From Haliotis cracherodii (lineage: Eukaryota): a stretch of 64,000 bases of DNA. The stretch is taken from positions 58,094,001 to 58,158,000 of the forward strand of contig NW_027266275.1 of NCBI RefSeq assembly GCF_022045235.1. Reading direction: 5' to 3'. The notes below the pieces were generated by a model. That model saw nothing but the letters and a program-made list of their open reading frames with translations, was not told where the DNA came from and made no database searches. The position numbers and the translations under genes are program-made. This document shows positions 1 through 11,250 of the stretch, piece by piece (position 1 is the stretch's first letter; each line of letters begins with the position of its first letter).

Positions 1-28
1 CGAGTAAACGCTTTAACCACTAGGCTAG
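1..28 (-). mobile_element. tRNA-derived SINE family A, 5' fragment cut by the window edge
   Basis: Reverse complement reads TAGCCTAGTGGTTAAAGCGTTTACTCG, matching the head of the copy at 52336. Confidence 0.7.
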
Positions 29-746
29 TAATGTGCACACAATATTGAAGTATCCAATTTGATGACGTCAAGCCAAAGAAAGCATGACAATTTACACATA
101 ACACAGGGATTAGTGATGAAGTATGGTACAAAAAGCTTGAGTATTGAGTGCGTTCACTGTATTTCTGGAGAAAAGTAAGGGGTAGTCCACAAATTTGAAA
201 TGTTTTTACATGCACTTTGTGCATGTGGACATATATATTAGGTTGCACTTTTCAATGATAGGTTGCACTGTTTCTTTTTTTATATAGTTAAAATCAAGCC
301 CTGAACATTACATGCCTGACGACCCTTTATGAACCTAATAGTGACCTTAATGATAATAAAGACATGAACTAGAAACTGTAAACATGGTAAAGCATCATCT
401 TTATTAGCATGGTGCTTAAATACAGAAGATTGAAATAGTTACTGTTATTATATGCTGTTATCATATACTAAGAAGTGAGATGACCATGATCACCTAAATA
501 TATCCATACTGAAGCATTTAAAAACACACAGTGGATTTTGACTCTTTATAAGTTACAAGTGTCAACTCTCTATTTCCCAAATTCCACTATGCGTTTCATA
601 GTGTGTAAGTATATACAAGTCAGTTCTCTGAGTCATTACTTGATACTGTAGATGGCAGGAAATATGGCTACCTAGTCATAGATGCCAGTCCCTACAGTGA
701 CCCACAGTATAAGTGACCGCACATGGGAATATTTCCCAATGAAGTA

Positions 747-1543
747 CCGTATTCAACGTAATAAGCGCCCAGGGCGCTCTCAATAATAGAAATAGGGGGC
801 TCTTATTAGAATATTTTTTTGGTGAAAAAAACCCAAACAGTTGAAAGATAAATTTTGTGGTTTATGCTGACAGCCTGGAATGTTTATATACGAGAGATAA
901 ATTTTTCCAGAATTTAATTGCCCATTATTAAGGGTTCATATAACACATGAGTGTGTATTATACGCAAATAAATAAGTCTTGTCTACATTGACCAATCAGA
1001 AGGGGTGCTAATTGGTATTGTTCAATAGCCAATATATTAGAAAATATCGCTGTGGGCGTTTATTAGAGTAGGCAGTGTTCCCGCTGGCTTTTGAAACTGC
1101 CAGTCCACCACGACTGGCAACTCTAAAAATTACCAGTCCCCCCTATTTTTTTTCAGTCCAAACTTTCAACAAATGAAAAAACGTATGAAAATAACATGTT
1201 TTTAATTCTTTCAACTCTCTTTTTTTATATAATATTTCAAGACTAAATCACTGCAAATGTATATTTAACCTTGAAGCAAAGCAAAATGTTATTTAATAGC
1301 ACTAAAAACAGACAGGGGAAACCTAGAAGTCAACTTACAAGTTCATTTTGATCGAAATATATACTTATATGAATATTGTCAATGTTTTGTTCAACAACAA
1401 AGATTTATAAGATGCTATATTTGCCGGTCCACAGGGACTGGCAGTAAAATGAATTACCCGTCCAAGCTTAATTTTACCGGTAAAAAACAGGTAATTACCG
1501 GTAAACGGGAACACTGGTGGGGCGCTTATTACATCGAATACGG
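747..1543. mobile_element. MITE (Tc1/mariner-pogo type, TA TSD), carrying a nested insertion
   Basis: 24-bp TIRs CCGTATTCAACGTAATAAGCGCCC / GGGCGCTTATTACATCGAATACGG (2 mismatches), TA on both sides; body matches copies at 47046 and 60151. Confidence 0.9.
1073..1516. mobile_element. Non-autonomous DNA transposon (hAT-like CAGTG termini, 5-bp TSD) nested in the MITE
   Basis: 11-bp perfect TIR CAGTGTTCCCG; flanks GTAGG/GTGGG; the empty site in the 47046 copy has a single GCGGG; subterminal CCAGTCC/CCGGT repeats. Confidence 0.85.
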
Positions 1544-4500
1544 TATGTACTTTGTATTTACCAAAAGACTGAGGTACTATAAATTGTCAAGATGATTCTG
1601 AGAGGTCATTTATTTTCCCATTCTGCAAAAGATGACTTTTTGACATGACAGATGGTGGAATACAATATTAACTGATTAAAGTGTTAATAACTGCCAAAAT
1701 AAATTACATTCAAAAGCGGTCTCATCAAAACCATATACATCCCGTAGATGTACATACTCCATATCAAGCATTGTTGAGTTCAACAGAAAGGCAATTATCA
1801 TGCTCTGGTTGTTACCATGGCAATCTTCTCAGTTGTTGAAAACAAGTGTCACAAGAAAGACAAGAATAGAAGCAACATAAATAACTATCATCCTGATCAT
1901 AAGCAACGACTGCAATAATAATTTATAACATAAACATTCCATTCTACTTGTATTACAATATTTCAGATTTGAAGACGTATTAGAGATCTTGTTCCAAAAT
2001 ACTCTAAATCTTGAGATTAAGTGTGAATGAAAGGCAAAAAATGTGAGTGGTCTTTGTTCGCATTAATGAAACTTAGCATTTATGTTTCCAAAATGACTAT
2101 CAAGACGGTTTCACTTGACAACTCCAGTCTGTGAATTGTTGTTCACATAAACTGTGTGTTGTTTTTAAGAAAACACAGTTTATTGCTATTACAGAAGTTC
2201 TTTACTCAGTGCTAAGAAGCGGTGCTATTTGTGTTAGATTGGATTAAGGTAAGGATATGTAGGGGGGAGTTGCATTGATACTGAGTCGCATTCTTGGCTT
2301 AGGGTCAGCAGTTGTATAAATTTGGAGATGCATTAATTTCAAGATTTACAATATTGACTGTCCGCCTTTATCATGTTTATAAAAAATTCTTAATTTTGTT
2401 TTAGGTGCTTTCAGTACCTTCAACATTAACCAAAGTTTTGGTTATTAAGAGAGTAGGCAATGAGCTATGAGGAATTATACTTTATAGATTACCTGTTCTG
2501 AGGGATAACAGTATATTTCTGAGCCTTGGTGGGGCCAAGGGACAGATACTTTGTAATTCAAGTCGTGATTAGGTAATTCTTTATATAACCCATAGTCATC
2601 TTTCTAAGGAAATGAAGCAAAATGTTTCATGTTCTCAACATGCCAAAGTTGAAACATTAGTCCATAAAATCATTAGTGACATTATGATTTATGGATAATG
2701 CCATCCTCACTTATTTGCAAAACTGCATTAAAAAAATGTCACTTAACCACGAGAGCAATGGTTCTTTGCATACAATGAAAACAATGGAACAATTGCTTTA
2801 TACTTCCCCATCAAAGAGGAAGTAAAATTTGTAATACACATTAAAATTTACTGAAAATATTTTCGCAAATATCTGGGCCTCTATCATGTCTTTTGGTGAA
2901 ATATTCTAATATTCTTTTTGAAAAGCTGATAATTACCTGAAAATGCAAGTTAAGACTATCCATCTCAACGAGTTCAGGTGAGTAAAGTGTACCACAATTC
3001 TTCAATATGTGATCCAAACAAACTAAAGGCCAGAAACCTAAAACTAAACAGTATTCTCTTCAATTAATGACATCATATAGGATTCCTATGATTTGCATAT
3101 CCCAAGATATGGTCAAGAAACAGGAGAACATGTTCTTTCCTACCAACACGAACACAGCTCATAGATTAGGCCATCAGCTTTATGGTGCGTAATAGATTTG
3201 TAATCGACTGATTTGGAAGCGTTAATTCATACGAGATACATCTATTGACAAACTGCAGTACACAGTATCCATGGTGACTACTTCATCCATTATTGATCAC
3301 CAGTGATTGATGACAACACTATTGATTCATGCTTAATTATTCAACAAAGTATTTAAAACATGCATGGTGTGAGTGAGCTAAGCGTTGGTCAACAATGCAG
3401 TGCAAGTAATTCCAAGTTTTGTAACCTCAATCATTGTGACAGTCTGTGCAACAATGCACATATTTTATATATCCTGGATACAGAAATATTCAAACAGTTG
3501 ATCCAGCAAGACCTCAAGAACCAGATTCTACAACTGTTAATCCTGTGACTAGTTACTGGTTTTGGATGGTGCTTAGAAATTACCAGCCAGCAACAGAGAA
3601 TGACTACATCATGCAAACAGAAATTGAGATGTACTATCAAAATACAGGGTAGGTCAGACACAAAGGATATATGATAATAATCTGTTTCAAATTAAGATTT
3701 ATTGGGCATTTTTCTACTATTCTTTTAACACTGATAGTGTTAAGTGAAGAACAAACCGCAAGATTAAAAATGTCAATAATTAAAATGTTGGATAGGAAAA
3801 AAGCTACAGCATCAAAAGCATTTTTGTACCATTTGTTGTGATATTCTAAACAATATTTCTTAAAAGTGTTTGAAGCACTGCAACAATTAGACATTTTGAC
3901 CCCTGTTGATTTTTTATCTGTTGATGCTAAATCAAAGACACCTAAGCTTCAAACCAATAGCAATGCCAGTAATGTGACTACATGGACGATGTACCGTAAG
4001 CATTGTTTAAAGAACATGAACATGATAAAGAAGTAAACATGATAAAGATATAAATAATATAATATGTGCATGCTAAATTATTACATGTAAGATTATTAAT
4101 GTTGATTTTGTATTCATAATCATGAAAAACATAGTGAAAATTAATTTAACCATGCCAGAGTTCTACATGTTCGAAGCTCCTGACATGCCTTGAAATATTC
4201 AAAATAATTAGAAATGATCCTTTACATGTACAGCGATGTCGCACATTGGCAAATGGCTAATTGTTTCCTCAAACATTTGACAAAAGGGTTATCAAATGGA
4301 AGTATTCTGATCAAAAATATCCATAAACTTCACATGTACCAGTCATTTGCTGATACAACATGTAAATATATGAAAACTCCTTATATTAATTTTTAAAAAT
4401 GCAAGATTTTGTGGTAATCAATCACAAAGATGGCCTATTCCTGGAGTTCATCATGTGATGTTGATGAGAATCCTGTTGGGAGGGCATCTGGCAGCGATGG

Positions 4501-4974
4501 TGTTGTCATGTTCATTAGCTGATGGGAAAGTCTGTTATGTAACAGACAGTTATGACACTGACTCAGATTTCCTGCCAGCTTTGAACATTGTTATAAAACA
4601 GATGTATTTCTAAGCATTCAAAGACCTGTACTTGGTTAATTATGTAACTTAATGTCTCACCTCATCCTGTTTTGAAAGGGTGGTAGGTTACTTTACCAGT
4701 TTACCAATGATTACAGCAGAATGGTGAGTCAGTAAGATTCTGAGCCATGTATATGTCCTAATACAATCCTAGATCATGAAATGTTCTCTTCAGCTAAAAA
4801 CAGAGTTTTTATTCAGTTAGCCTAGTTAATGTTAGTAGTGTAATAACATGTCAATATAGAATTGCACTGCGGCTTGCAAATACGAATGTACTTAATGATA
4901 ATACATAATGATGATAATGATGATGATGATGATATATGTGCACAATTGTATAGCTCTAATTCCACACAAAGTAC

Positions 4975-5108
4975 ACTCACAGCACATACAATTTGCCTTC
5001 TCAACTCCATCAGGAGTCTACAACTTAAGCTGTCTAACAGGCATTTCATACCATTGAGTAGAGATACAACTTAGTACAGATATATGGGACCTCACAGTAA
5101 ATCTAGAC
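4975..5108 (+). pseudogene. Old non-LTR retrotransposon RT fossil, left part
   Basis: AHTICLLNSIRSLQLKL (decayed post-YADD segment) and WDLTVNLD, which continues in frame after the young LINE. Confidence 0.6.
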
Positions 5109-5224
5109 TCAGTTGTGTCACAGGTCCCGTACTGTACACAACCCTCCGCGCCTACCAAGCTCGGTTCGCTCACCAGCTTAAACTGCACGGTTGTCAATCA
5201 CCCAGGCCCCTGGGACTGACAAAT

Positions 5225-6742
5225 ATGAACTTGGAAATGGAGATGGCGGACTTATGTCCAGAAATTACAATTGTTGAGAGTTCGCCCAACTCTCAAGAGA
5301 ACCAGCCCAGTTCTCGAAAGGGTCAGCCCAACCCAAATGAAGGGAATCCCTTCACTCTGGTCACCAGAAAAACTGCCAAAAAAACAGCCAACTTGACTTA
5401 TAGTCAAGCCGCGCTAAATGTCCCTGACCGTTTTCAGGACAGATTCACGTTCTCAGGAACTAAAAACAAAGAAAATATTGATTATAGTGCCCTATGGGCT
5501 CAAGGCATGCTTAAACGCAAACAGCCACAATCTAGCCCACCTAAGGCTAAAATGGTACAGAAAAGACAAAAAATGGTCTCATCAGAATCAAAGACACAAC
5601 AAAATAGAAGACCACAAACCAAATGGGAAAAAGTAGTCTTTAGCGCAGACTTCTCCCAAGATCTTAATAAGATCCTAACAGCTCAAGATATTGCCAAAGA
5701 GCTGAAGCACAAAAATATTATTCGAATAAATAAGTGTGGAAGAGGGTATGTTGTTGTCGGGGACAACCTCACAGAGTCAATTGATATGCCCAAAAGCATA
5801 AACGGGATCAAACTAAAATGGGATACCCCAAAGTGGCTTAGCAATGTCAGATGTGCGGTACATCTTGACAAAAAAATTAATGACGACGAGCTTTATCAAA
5901 TTGTCTGTCAAGCTCAAAAGAAAGTCACCCAACCTACAATCCTGTCGGCATTCAGGATCAAATCAATGGGCACAAACAACACACGAGTAGTAATACTCAC
6001 ATTACTTGGACAGTCAGTCCCCGGCCACCTTAATCTAGGTGGTAAGGACATAGAAACAATGCCATACAGGAAAAGGCCAACCCAATGCACAAACTGTATG
6101 CTCTATGGACATACGAAAACATCATGTAACCAGCCACCCAAGTGCAAAAACTGTTCCCGAGTTTCTTGCAAAGAAAACTGCAACACATGGTGTACAAACT
6201 GCAGGAAAGAGGGTCATTCATCCTTGGCGCCGAAATGTCCTAAACGCTTGCTCATCAGCAAACGTATAAATAAAATATCTACTCAGCAATCTGAATCCAA
6301 ATCTATTCAACCCATTGAGGTCGAAAAAACCCAAGCGACTACTGATCACTCTACTGAGCAAACAATCGAATCTGTGGGCACTGAGCAAGCAATCGAATCT
6401 GTGAGCACTGATCCGCCTGCTCACAGGCACAAAGCCACTGCCAAACGCAAGGGGAAAAAGACCCAAGCTCCCCAATCAAACCCCATGCCTTCTAATCCTC
6501 AAACTGAGGAACACAGCAAACGAATCAGTCAGGCAAAGAAAACACCAGCTCATGGTAAACAAAAGGCTCAGAACACAAACAAAGTTGTAGAGTTCATTGC
6601 AACGGCATTGATCCAAATTACAAGCAGAAAAATGAGTGTCAAAGCCAAAGCCACCTGCATCCTCAAACTGGCTTCCAAAATAATGAAATACAAAGGAACA
6701 AAGAAACAGTTCCTAAATAGGGTATGCCCTAAAACTCAATAA
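5225..6742 (+). CDS. LINE ORF1 (gag-like nucleic acid binding protein with zinc knuckles), 505 aa
   Basis: CTNCMLYGHTKTSC, CKNCSRVSCKENC and CTNCRKEGHSSLAPKC knuckles; first ATG inside the element is 5225 (ATG 5084 lies outside the TSD). Confidence 0.9.
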   Translation: MNLEMEMADLCPEITIVESSPNSQENQPSSRKGQPNPNEGNPFTLVTRKTAKKTANLTYSQAALNVPDRFQDRFTFSGTKNKENIDYSALWAQGMLKRKQPQSSPPKAKMVQKRQKMVSSESKTQQNRRPQTKWEKVVFSADFSQDLNKILTAQDIAKELKHKNIIRINKCGRGYVVVGDNLTESIDMPKSINGIKLKWDTPKWLSNVRCAVHLDKKINDDELYQIVCQAQKKVTQPTILSAFRIKSMGTNNTRVVILTLLGQSVPGHLNLGGKDIETMPYRKRPTQCTNCMLYGHTKTSCNQPPKCKNCSRVSCKENCNTWCTNCRKEGHSSLAPKCPKRLLISKRINKISTQQSESKSIQPIEVEKTQATTDHSTEQTIESVGTEQAIESVSTDPPAHRHKATAKRKGKKTQAPQSNPMPSNPQTEEHSKRISQAKKTPAHGKQKAQNTNKVVEFIATALIQITSRKMSVKAKATCILKLASKIMKYKGTKKQFLNRVCPKTQ

Positions 6743-6762
6743 GCGCTCATCTATAAATTATC

Positions 6763-9700
6763 ATGGACTTGCTTTTACTACAGTGGAACGCAAATGGCCT
6801 TAAGAGCCACGGCAATGAACTGACTGCACTCGTCAAAAAAAAGGTGATCAAGCCTCATGTCATTCTAATACAGGAGACTAAACTCAGTGAAAAAGCCAAA
6901 TTCACACTACCTGGGTACACCCAATATAGAAAAGACAGAAAAAGACTTATGCCTGGCAACAAGGGAGGAGGACTAATCACCCTTGTCCACGACGGCTGTA
7001 CCTCCAAGAATATTGAAGCAAACGTAGGAAACCTTGAAACCCAAGTAATCTCCCTAAAACTGGCAAATGGCAACGAATTACGCATAGCTAACATATATCA
7101 CAGGGTTACCCATGAAACGAACATGGAAGAGTTAACAAGACTAGCTCAAATAGTAGGCAAAAATGGGATAATCCTTGGTGACTTTAATGCCCACAGCCCT
7201 CTTTGGGAAGACAGGAATGATTCATGCAAATACGGCAAAATGGTAGAGAAATGGGTTGAGGACGACAATCTCATAACTCTGAACAACGGCAGTCACACAC
7301 GTTATGACCAAGTCCACAACACATGGAGTTCAATTGATCTTACAATTGCCACCAAACACCTCGCCTCACATTGCCAATGGCAAGTCCATGACGACACTTG
7401 GGGAAGCGATCACCTTCCTATACTCACCTACATAGGTAGCCCACCACAATTAGAGGAACAGCCCGATCCTCAGCCCACATGGGACTATGCAAAGGCTGAC
7501 TGGCCTAAATTCAGGAAGGAATGTATATCATTCAAGTCCTCAGAAATTGCCTCGGATGATCCTGATCTTTTTTGCCAAAATCTCACCTCAGCAATTATTG
7601 CCGCAGCTGAAAAATCAATTCCAAAAAAAGACCACAAAACTGGCAAAACGCCGGTACCATGGTGGAACAGGGAAATAGCAAAAGCTAGGAGAGTGAGAAA
7701 GAAAGCCCTAAATAGGTCAAAAAGGGATAAATCAGCCTTTGCCCAAGTCCGAGCAGCCAGGACGAAAGTAAGACAACTCATAGACGATTCTAAGAAAGAG
7801 TCTTGGCAGACCTTCTGCAAATCCCTTAATGAGAAAACAAATGCTAAAACAGTCTGGAGCAAAATACACGCAATCAGGGGTAAGCGGAAACCCACAAAAA
7901 TTCCCAAGTTAGCCAACGCCCATACAGTCAAAGAAAAGGCCAACATTCTAGCTAAGCACTTCTCATCTGTGAGCAGCAACACAAATTGCAGCGAAGAATT
8001 CAAACAGGAAAAAATGCTTATGCCTAAGATCTCAAAACGGCCGCAAAGCAAGCATCTGGTATACAATATACCATTTACGGTGACAGAGTTTGATGATGCG
8101 ATACAACATAGAAAAGGCACAGCACCTGGTCTTGACACAACCAGCTACGAGATATTGAAAAACCTACCTGATCAAACCAAAGGCTTACTCACTGAGTTGT
8201 ATAACACGATATGGTCTAAAGGAGAAGTCCCAAAAGCATGGAAACATGCTGCGGTTATCCCGCTGCTAAAGCAAGGGAAAGAAGAAGCCCTACCAAACTC
8301 CTATCGACCGATCTCACTCACCTCAAACATGTGCAAAGCCATGGAAGCCATGGTTACAAAAAGGCTCATGCATCATCTTGAAACTGGCAATCACATAAAA
8401 CCTGACCAAAGTGGCTTCAGGAAGGGACACTCGTGTCTAGATCATATTCTAAGACTGGAAAATGAAATAAAAAAAGCCCAATTAAACAGACAATACCTAG
8501 CCGCAGTATTTCTGGACTTCAGCAAAGCCTTCGATATGGTATGGCATGACGGACTCCTCTCAAAACTATCACAAAATGGAGTTGAAGGGAACATGGCAAA
8601 CTTCATAGACAGCTTCCTGCAAGACAGGTCGCTATCAGTTAAAATAGGGAACAATCGATCAGATCCTATGGCACTGGACAATGGCACGCCACAAGGCAGC
8701 ATCATAAGCCCAACCCTGTTTAATATCATGATCAATGATCTTTTTGACCATGTCAACTCTCCTACCCAAACTTCTAAGTTCGCTGATGACGGAGCAATAT
8801 GGGTAAAGCACAGAGATATCTCACAAATCAGAAAAAAACTCCAGTCAGCCCTGGACGGAGTAGATCAATGGTGCAATAAATGGGGATTCACCCTTTCAAG
8901 TGAAAAAACGGTTGGAGTTCTATTCAAACGCCGGGGGAAAGATGCTATGATACCCCGTGTCTCCATAAAAGGCAAACCCATCAAATTCGAAAAATCTGCA
9001 ATATTTCTTGGAGTTATCCTTGATCAACACCTCACTTGGCGCAAGCATATAGAATATGTGGAAAACAGATGTCAAAAAGACCTGAACGTATTACGGGCAA
9101 TTTCAGGCACATCTTGGGGCACATCGAGGGACACTCAGCTGGACCTCTACAAAGCTCTTATCAGATCAAAAATTGACTATGGTTGTGAGGCTTTTCACTC
9201 AGCATCAAATACTGTCTTGAGGCGCCTAGACAGAATACAATACAAAGCCCTAATGCTGGCCACAGGCGCAGCGACAGGCACCTCACTAGAAGCACTACAA
9301 GTAGAAACGGGAGAACTCCCATTGAAACTAAGAAGAGAGCAGGCAATATTATCGTTCTGGGGACGAACATCAAACCCTTTGGTTAAAAAGATATGGCAAG
9401 ACAAAAACGCTCGAGATGAAGCCCTAGCTCGAAAAAATCCCTCACTAAAGCCATCTGGGATATTAGTGCGTGAACTCATTCGAAGTCACAATTGCGATGA
9501 CATTCAGCCTCCAGAAAGTCATTACAAAGGGTTACACCCTCCCTGGACTTTACAAACTCCCAAAGTTGACACTGCTTTAACATCAGAAGTCACTAAAAGA
9601 GAAAACCCAACCCTACTACGATCAGTAGCTATCACTAAAATTCAAACTACCTGGGACAGCTGGGCCCATATATACACTGATGGATCCAAGAATCCTATCA

Positions 9701-10488
9701 ACAACAGTGCTGGTTACGGGATCCATATCCACAGCTCCAAACCCCAAGCACATTCAGTTCGCTTGCCTGATGGTCAGTCAGTATTCACGGCTGAATTGGA
9801 GGCAATTCATCATGCACTCAAACTCATACCGGAACTCCCGGAAGCAAAGGCAGTCGTCCTATCAGACTCGCTAAGTGCACTTCAGGCCATCAGTGGGAGA
9901 AACTCAAACTCCAGGCCAAACACAGTCAACAATATTCTATACGAATATACAAAACTATCGGACCAAGGGCAACAGGTGGAGCTGTGTTGGATCCCCTCTC
10001 ACATAGATATTCATGGAAATGAAAAAGCAGACTCACTGGCGAAGCTAGCTCTAGACAAAGCGGATATAGAGCCTATTCCCTTTAGTAAACTAGAGATAAA
10101 AAGCAAAATCAAAGCCTCCATAGCAAAAAGATGGCAAGCCCAATGGGACGCAAGTAAGATCGGCAGATGGCTATACAAAATTCAACCCAAGGTCCAACAA
10201 AAGCCAAACTCATACTCAAATGAAAGGAAAATTGAAACTGCTATCTCACGCCTCAGACTTGGTCACAAAAAGCACTATGACAAGGTTTGTTCATCTTGCA
10301 ATCAGGCTGAAACCATTGACCACCTGTTACTAGAATGTCAAGACCATGCCCCAGCCCGGGCTAGGTTAAAACAAGAATTGCAGTTAGATCCGCTATCTGT
10401 CATAGATCTCCTAAAGCCAAGAGATGCAATAGCGAAGGCCAAACTAACTCTATTTCTGAGAGATGGACAGCTGCTCGAACGTATATAA
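6763..10488 (+). CDS. LINE ORF2: APE endonuclease - reverse transcriptase - RNase H - CCHC, 1241 aa
   Basis: QWNANGL, IQET, GDFNAH, SIDLT, SDHLPI (APE); YRPISLTS, FLDFSKAFD, GTPQGS, FADD (RT); YTDGS, AELEAI, LSDS, WIPSH..GNEKAD (RNase H); CSSC..ETIDHLLLEC. Confidence 0.97.
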   Translation: MDLLLLQWNANGLKSHGNELTALVKKKVIKPHVILIQETKLSEKAKFTLPGYTQYRKDRKRLMPGNKGGGLITLVHDGCTSKNIEANVGNLETQVISLKLANGNELRIANIYHRVTHETNMEELTRLAQIVGKNGIILGDFNAHSPLWEDRNDSCKYGKMVEKWVEDDNLITLNNGSHTRYDQVHNTWSSIDLTIATKHLASHCQWQVHDDTWGSDHLPILTYIGSPPQLEEQPDPQPTWDYAKADWPKFRKECISFKSSEIASDDPDLFCQNLTSAIIAAAEKSIPKKDHKTGKTPVPWWNREIAKARRVRKKALNRSKRDKSAFAQVRAARTKVRQLIDDSKKESWQTFCKSLNEKTNAKTVWSKIHAIRGKRKPTKIPKLANAHTVKEKANILAKHFSSVSSNTNCSEEFKQEKMLMPKISKRPQSKHLVYNIPFTVTEFDDAIQHRKGTAPGLDTTSYEILKNLPDQTKGLLTELYNTIWSKGEVPKAWKHAAVIPLLKQGKEEALPNSYRPISLTSNMCKAMEAMVTKRLMHHLETGNHIKPDQSGFRKGHSCLDHILRLENEIKKAQLNRQYLAAVFLDFSKAFDMVWHDGLLSKLSQNGVEGNMANFIDSFLQDRSLSVKIGNNRSDPMALDNGTPQGSIISPTLFNIMINDLFDHVNSPTQTSKFADDGAIWVKHRDISQIRKKLQSALDGVDQWCNKWGFTLSSEKTVGVLFKRRGKDAMIPRVSIKGKPIKFEKSAIFLGVILDQHLTWRKHIEYVENRCQKDLNVLRAISGTSWGTSRDTQLDLYKALIRSKIDYGCEAFHSASNTVLRRLDRIQYKALMLATGAATGTSLEALQVETGELPLKLRREQAILSFWGRTSNPLVKKIWQDKNARDEALARKNPSLKPSGILVRELIRSHNCDDIQPPESHYKGLHPPWTLQTPKVDTALTSEVTKRENPTLLRSVAITKIQTTWDSWAHIYTDGSKNPINNSAGYGIHIHSSKPQAHSVRLPDGQSVFTAELEAIHHALKLIPELPEAKAVVLSDSLSALQAISGRNSNSRPNTVNNILYEYTKLSDQGQQVELCWIPSHIDIHGNEKADSLAKLALDKADIEPIPFSKLEIKSKIKASIAKRWQAQWDASKIGRWLYKIQPKVQQKPNSYSNERKIETAISRLRLGHKKHYDKVCSSCNQAETIDHLLLECQDHAPARARLKQELQLDPLSVIDLLKPRDAIAKAKLTLFLRDGQLLERI

Positions 10489-10706
10489 ACAGAGCAGCCA
10501 CGGATAAAAATGAAATCATATCAATATAAGAAAAAAGAAATCATATCAATGCAAAAACAGAAATTATGTGAACACCGAACTCACAATATATATGTGAACC
10601 CTTCTCACACACAGGAGTCCCAAAGAGGGACAGGTCAGCCGAAATTGCCTAGGCAGAAGGCGACCTCTTAAACACCTAATGCAACAACAACAACAACAAT
10701 CTAGAC

Positions 10707-11250
10707 AAGACAATTATTGTGGTATTTAGAGGAGGTGAATGTTTATCGAGAAATGAAAAATAGTTTTATAAGGTAAAACGTTTCAACGGTTGACTCATAC
10801 AGATATTTAGGAATAATTTTCTCATCTACAGGAAAAACGAATACATGTATCCTAGACTTATCATCAAGAGGTATCTAATGTTAATGGAACTCATCTATCA
10901 ATTGTATAAACTTGGTATGGTTGACCCATCTGTGGTTTTAAAGATATTCGACATCCAAATACAGCCAATTCTATCATATAGCTCTGCAATGTGGGGTATG
11001 AACAGATTTGAAAAGACTGAAACTCTATCCATGTAATTGCTTGCAAGTACTTTCTCAACAAGTTGGTCCCCAAACACCTCATGGTGAATGTGGCCGATGT
11101 CCCTTATATATAAATGCATTACTTGCTTAAACTTACCGAGATGCACAATGATAGAATTCCTATGAAAGCATATGATGTGCTTATGTACCACCTTATGAAA
11201 AGATAGAAAGCCATGTTTTATGTTGATAAGACATATCGGGGTTGTTAAGG
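10707..11250 (+). pseudogene. Old non-LTR retrotransposon RT fossil, right part (L2/RTEX-like)
   Basis: KTIIVVFRGGECLSRNEK*FYR*NVSTVDSYRYLGIIFSSTG and LKIFDIQIQPILSYSSAMWG, with stops and frameshifts. Confidence 0.75.

Larger units (their letters stand above)
5109..10697 (+). mobile_element. Full-length I-group (I/Nimb-like) LINE, apparently intact
   Basis: 9-bp TSD AATCTAGAC (5100-5108 and 10698-10706); starts TCAGTT; two intact ORFs; 3' stem-loops and (CAA)n tail. Confidence 0.95.

Noticed and set aside
3360-3894. Short overlapping ORFs as exons
   Set aside because: No recognisable protein and no consistent splice phases
5084-5224. N-terminal 47 aa of the 552-aa ORF
   Set aside because: ATG 5084 lies upstream of the TSD in flanking DNA; the element's own first ATG is 5225
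6855-9479. Antisense ORFs up to 217 aa within the LINE
   Set aside because: Shadows of the A-rich ORF2 codon usage; no domain features
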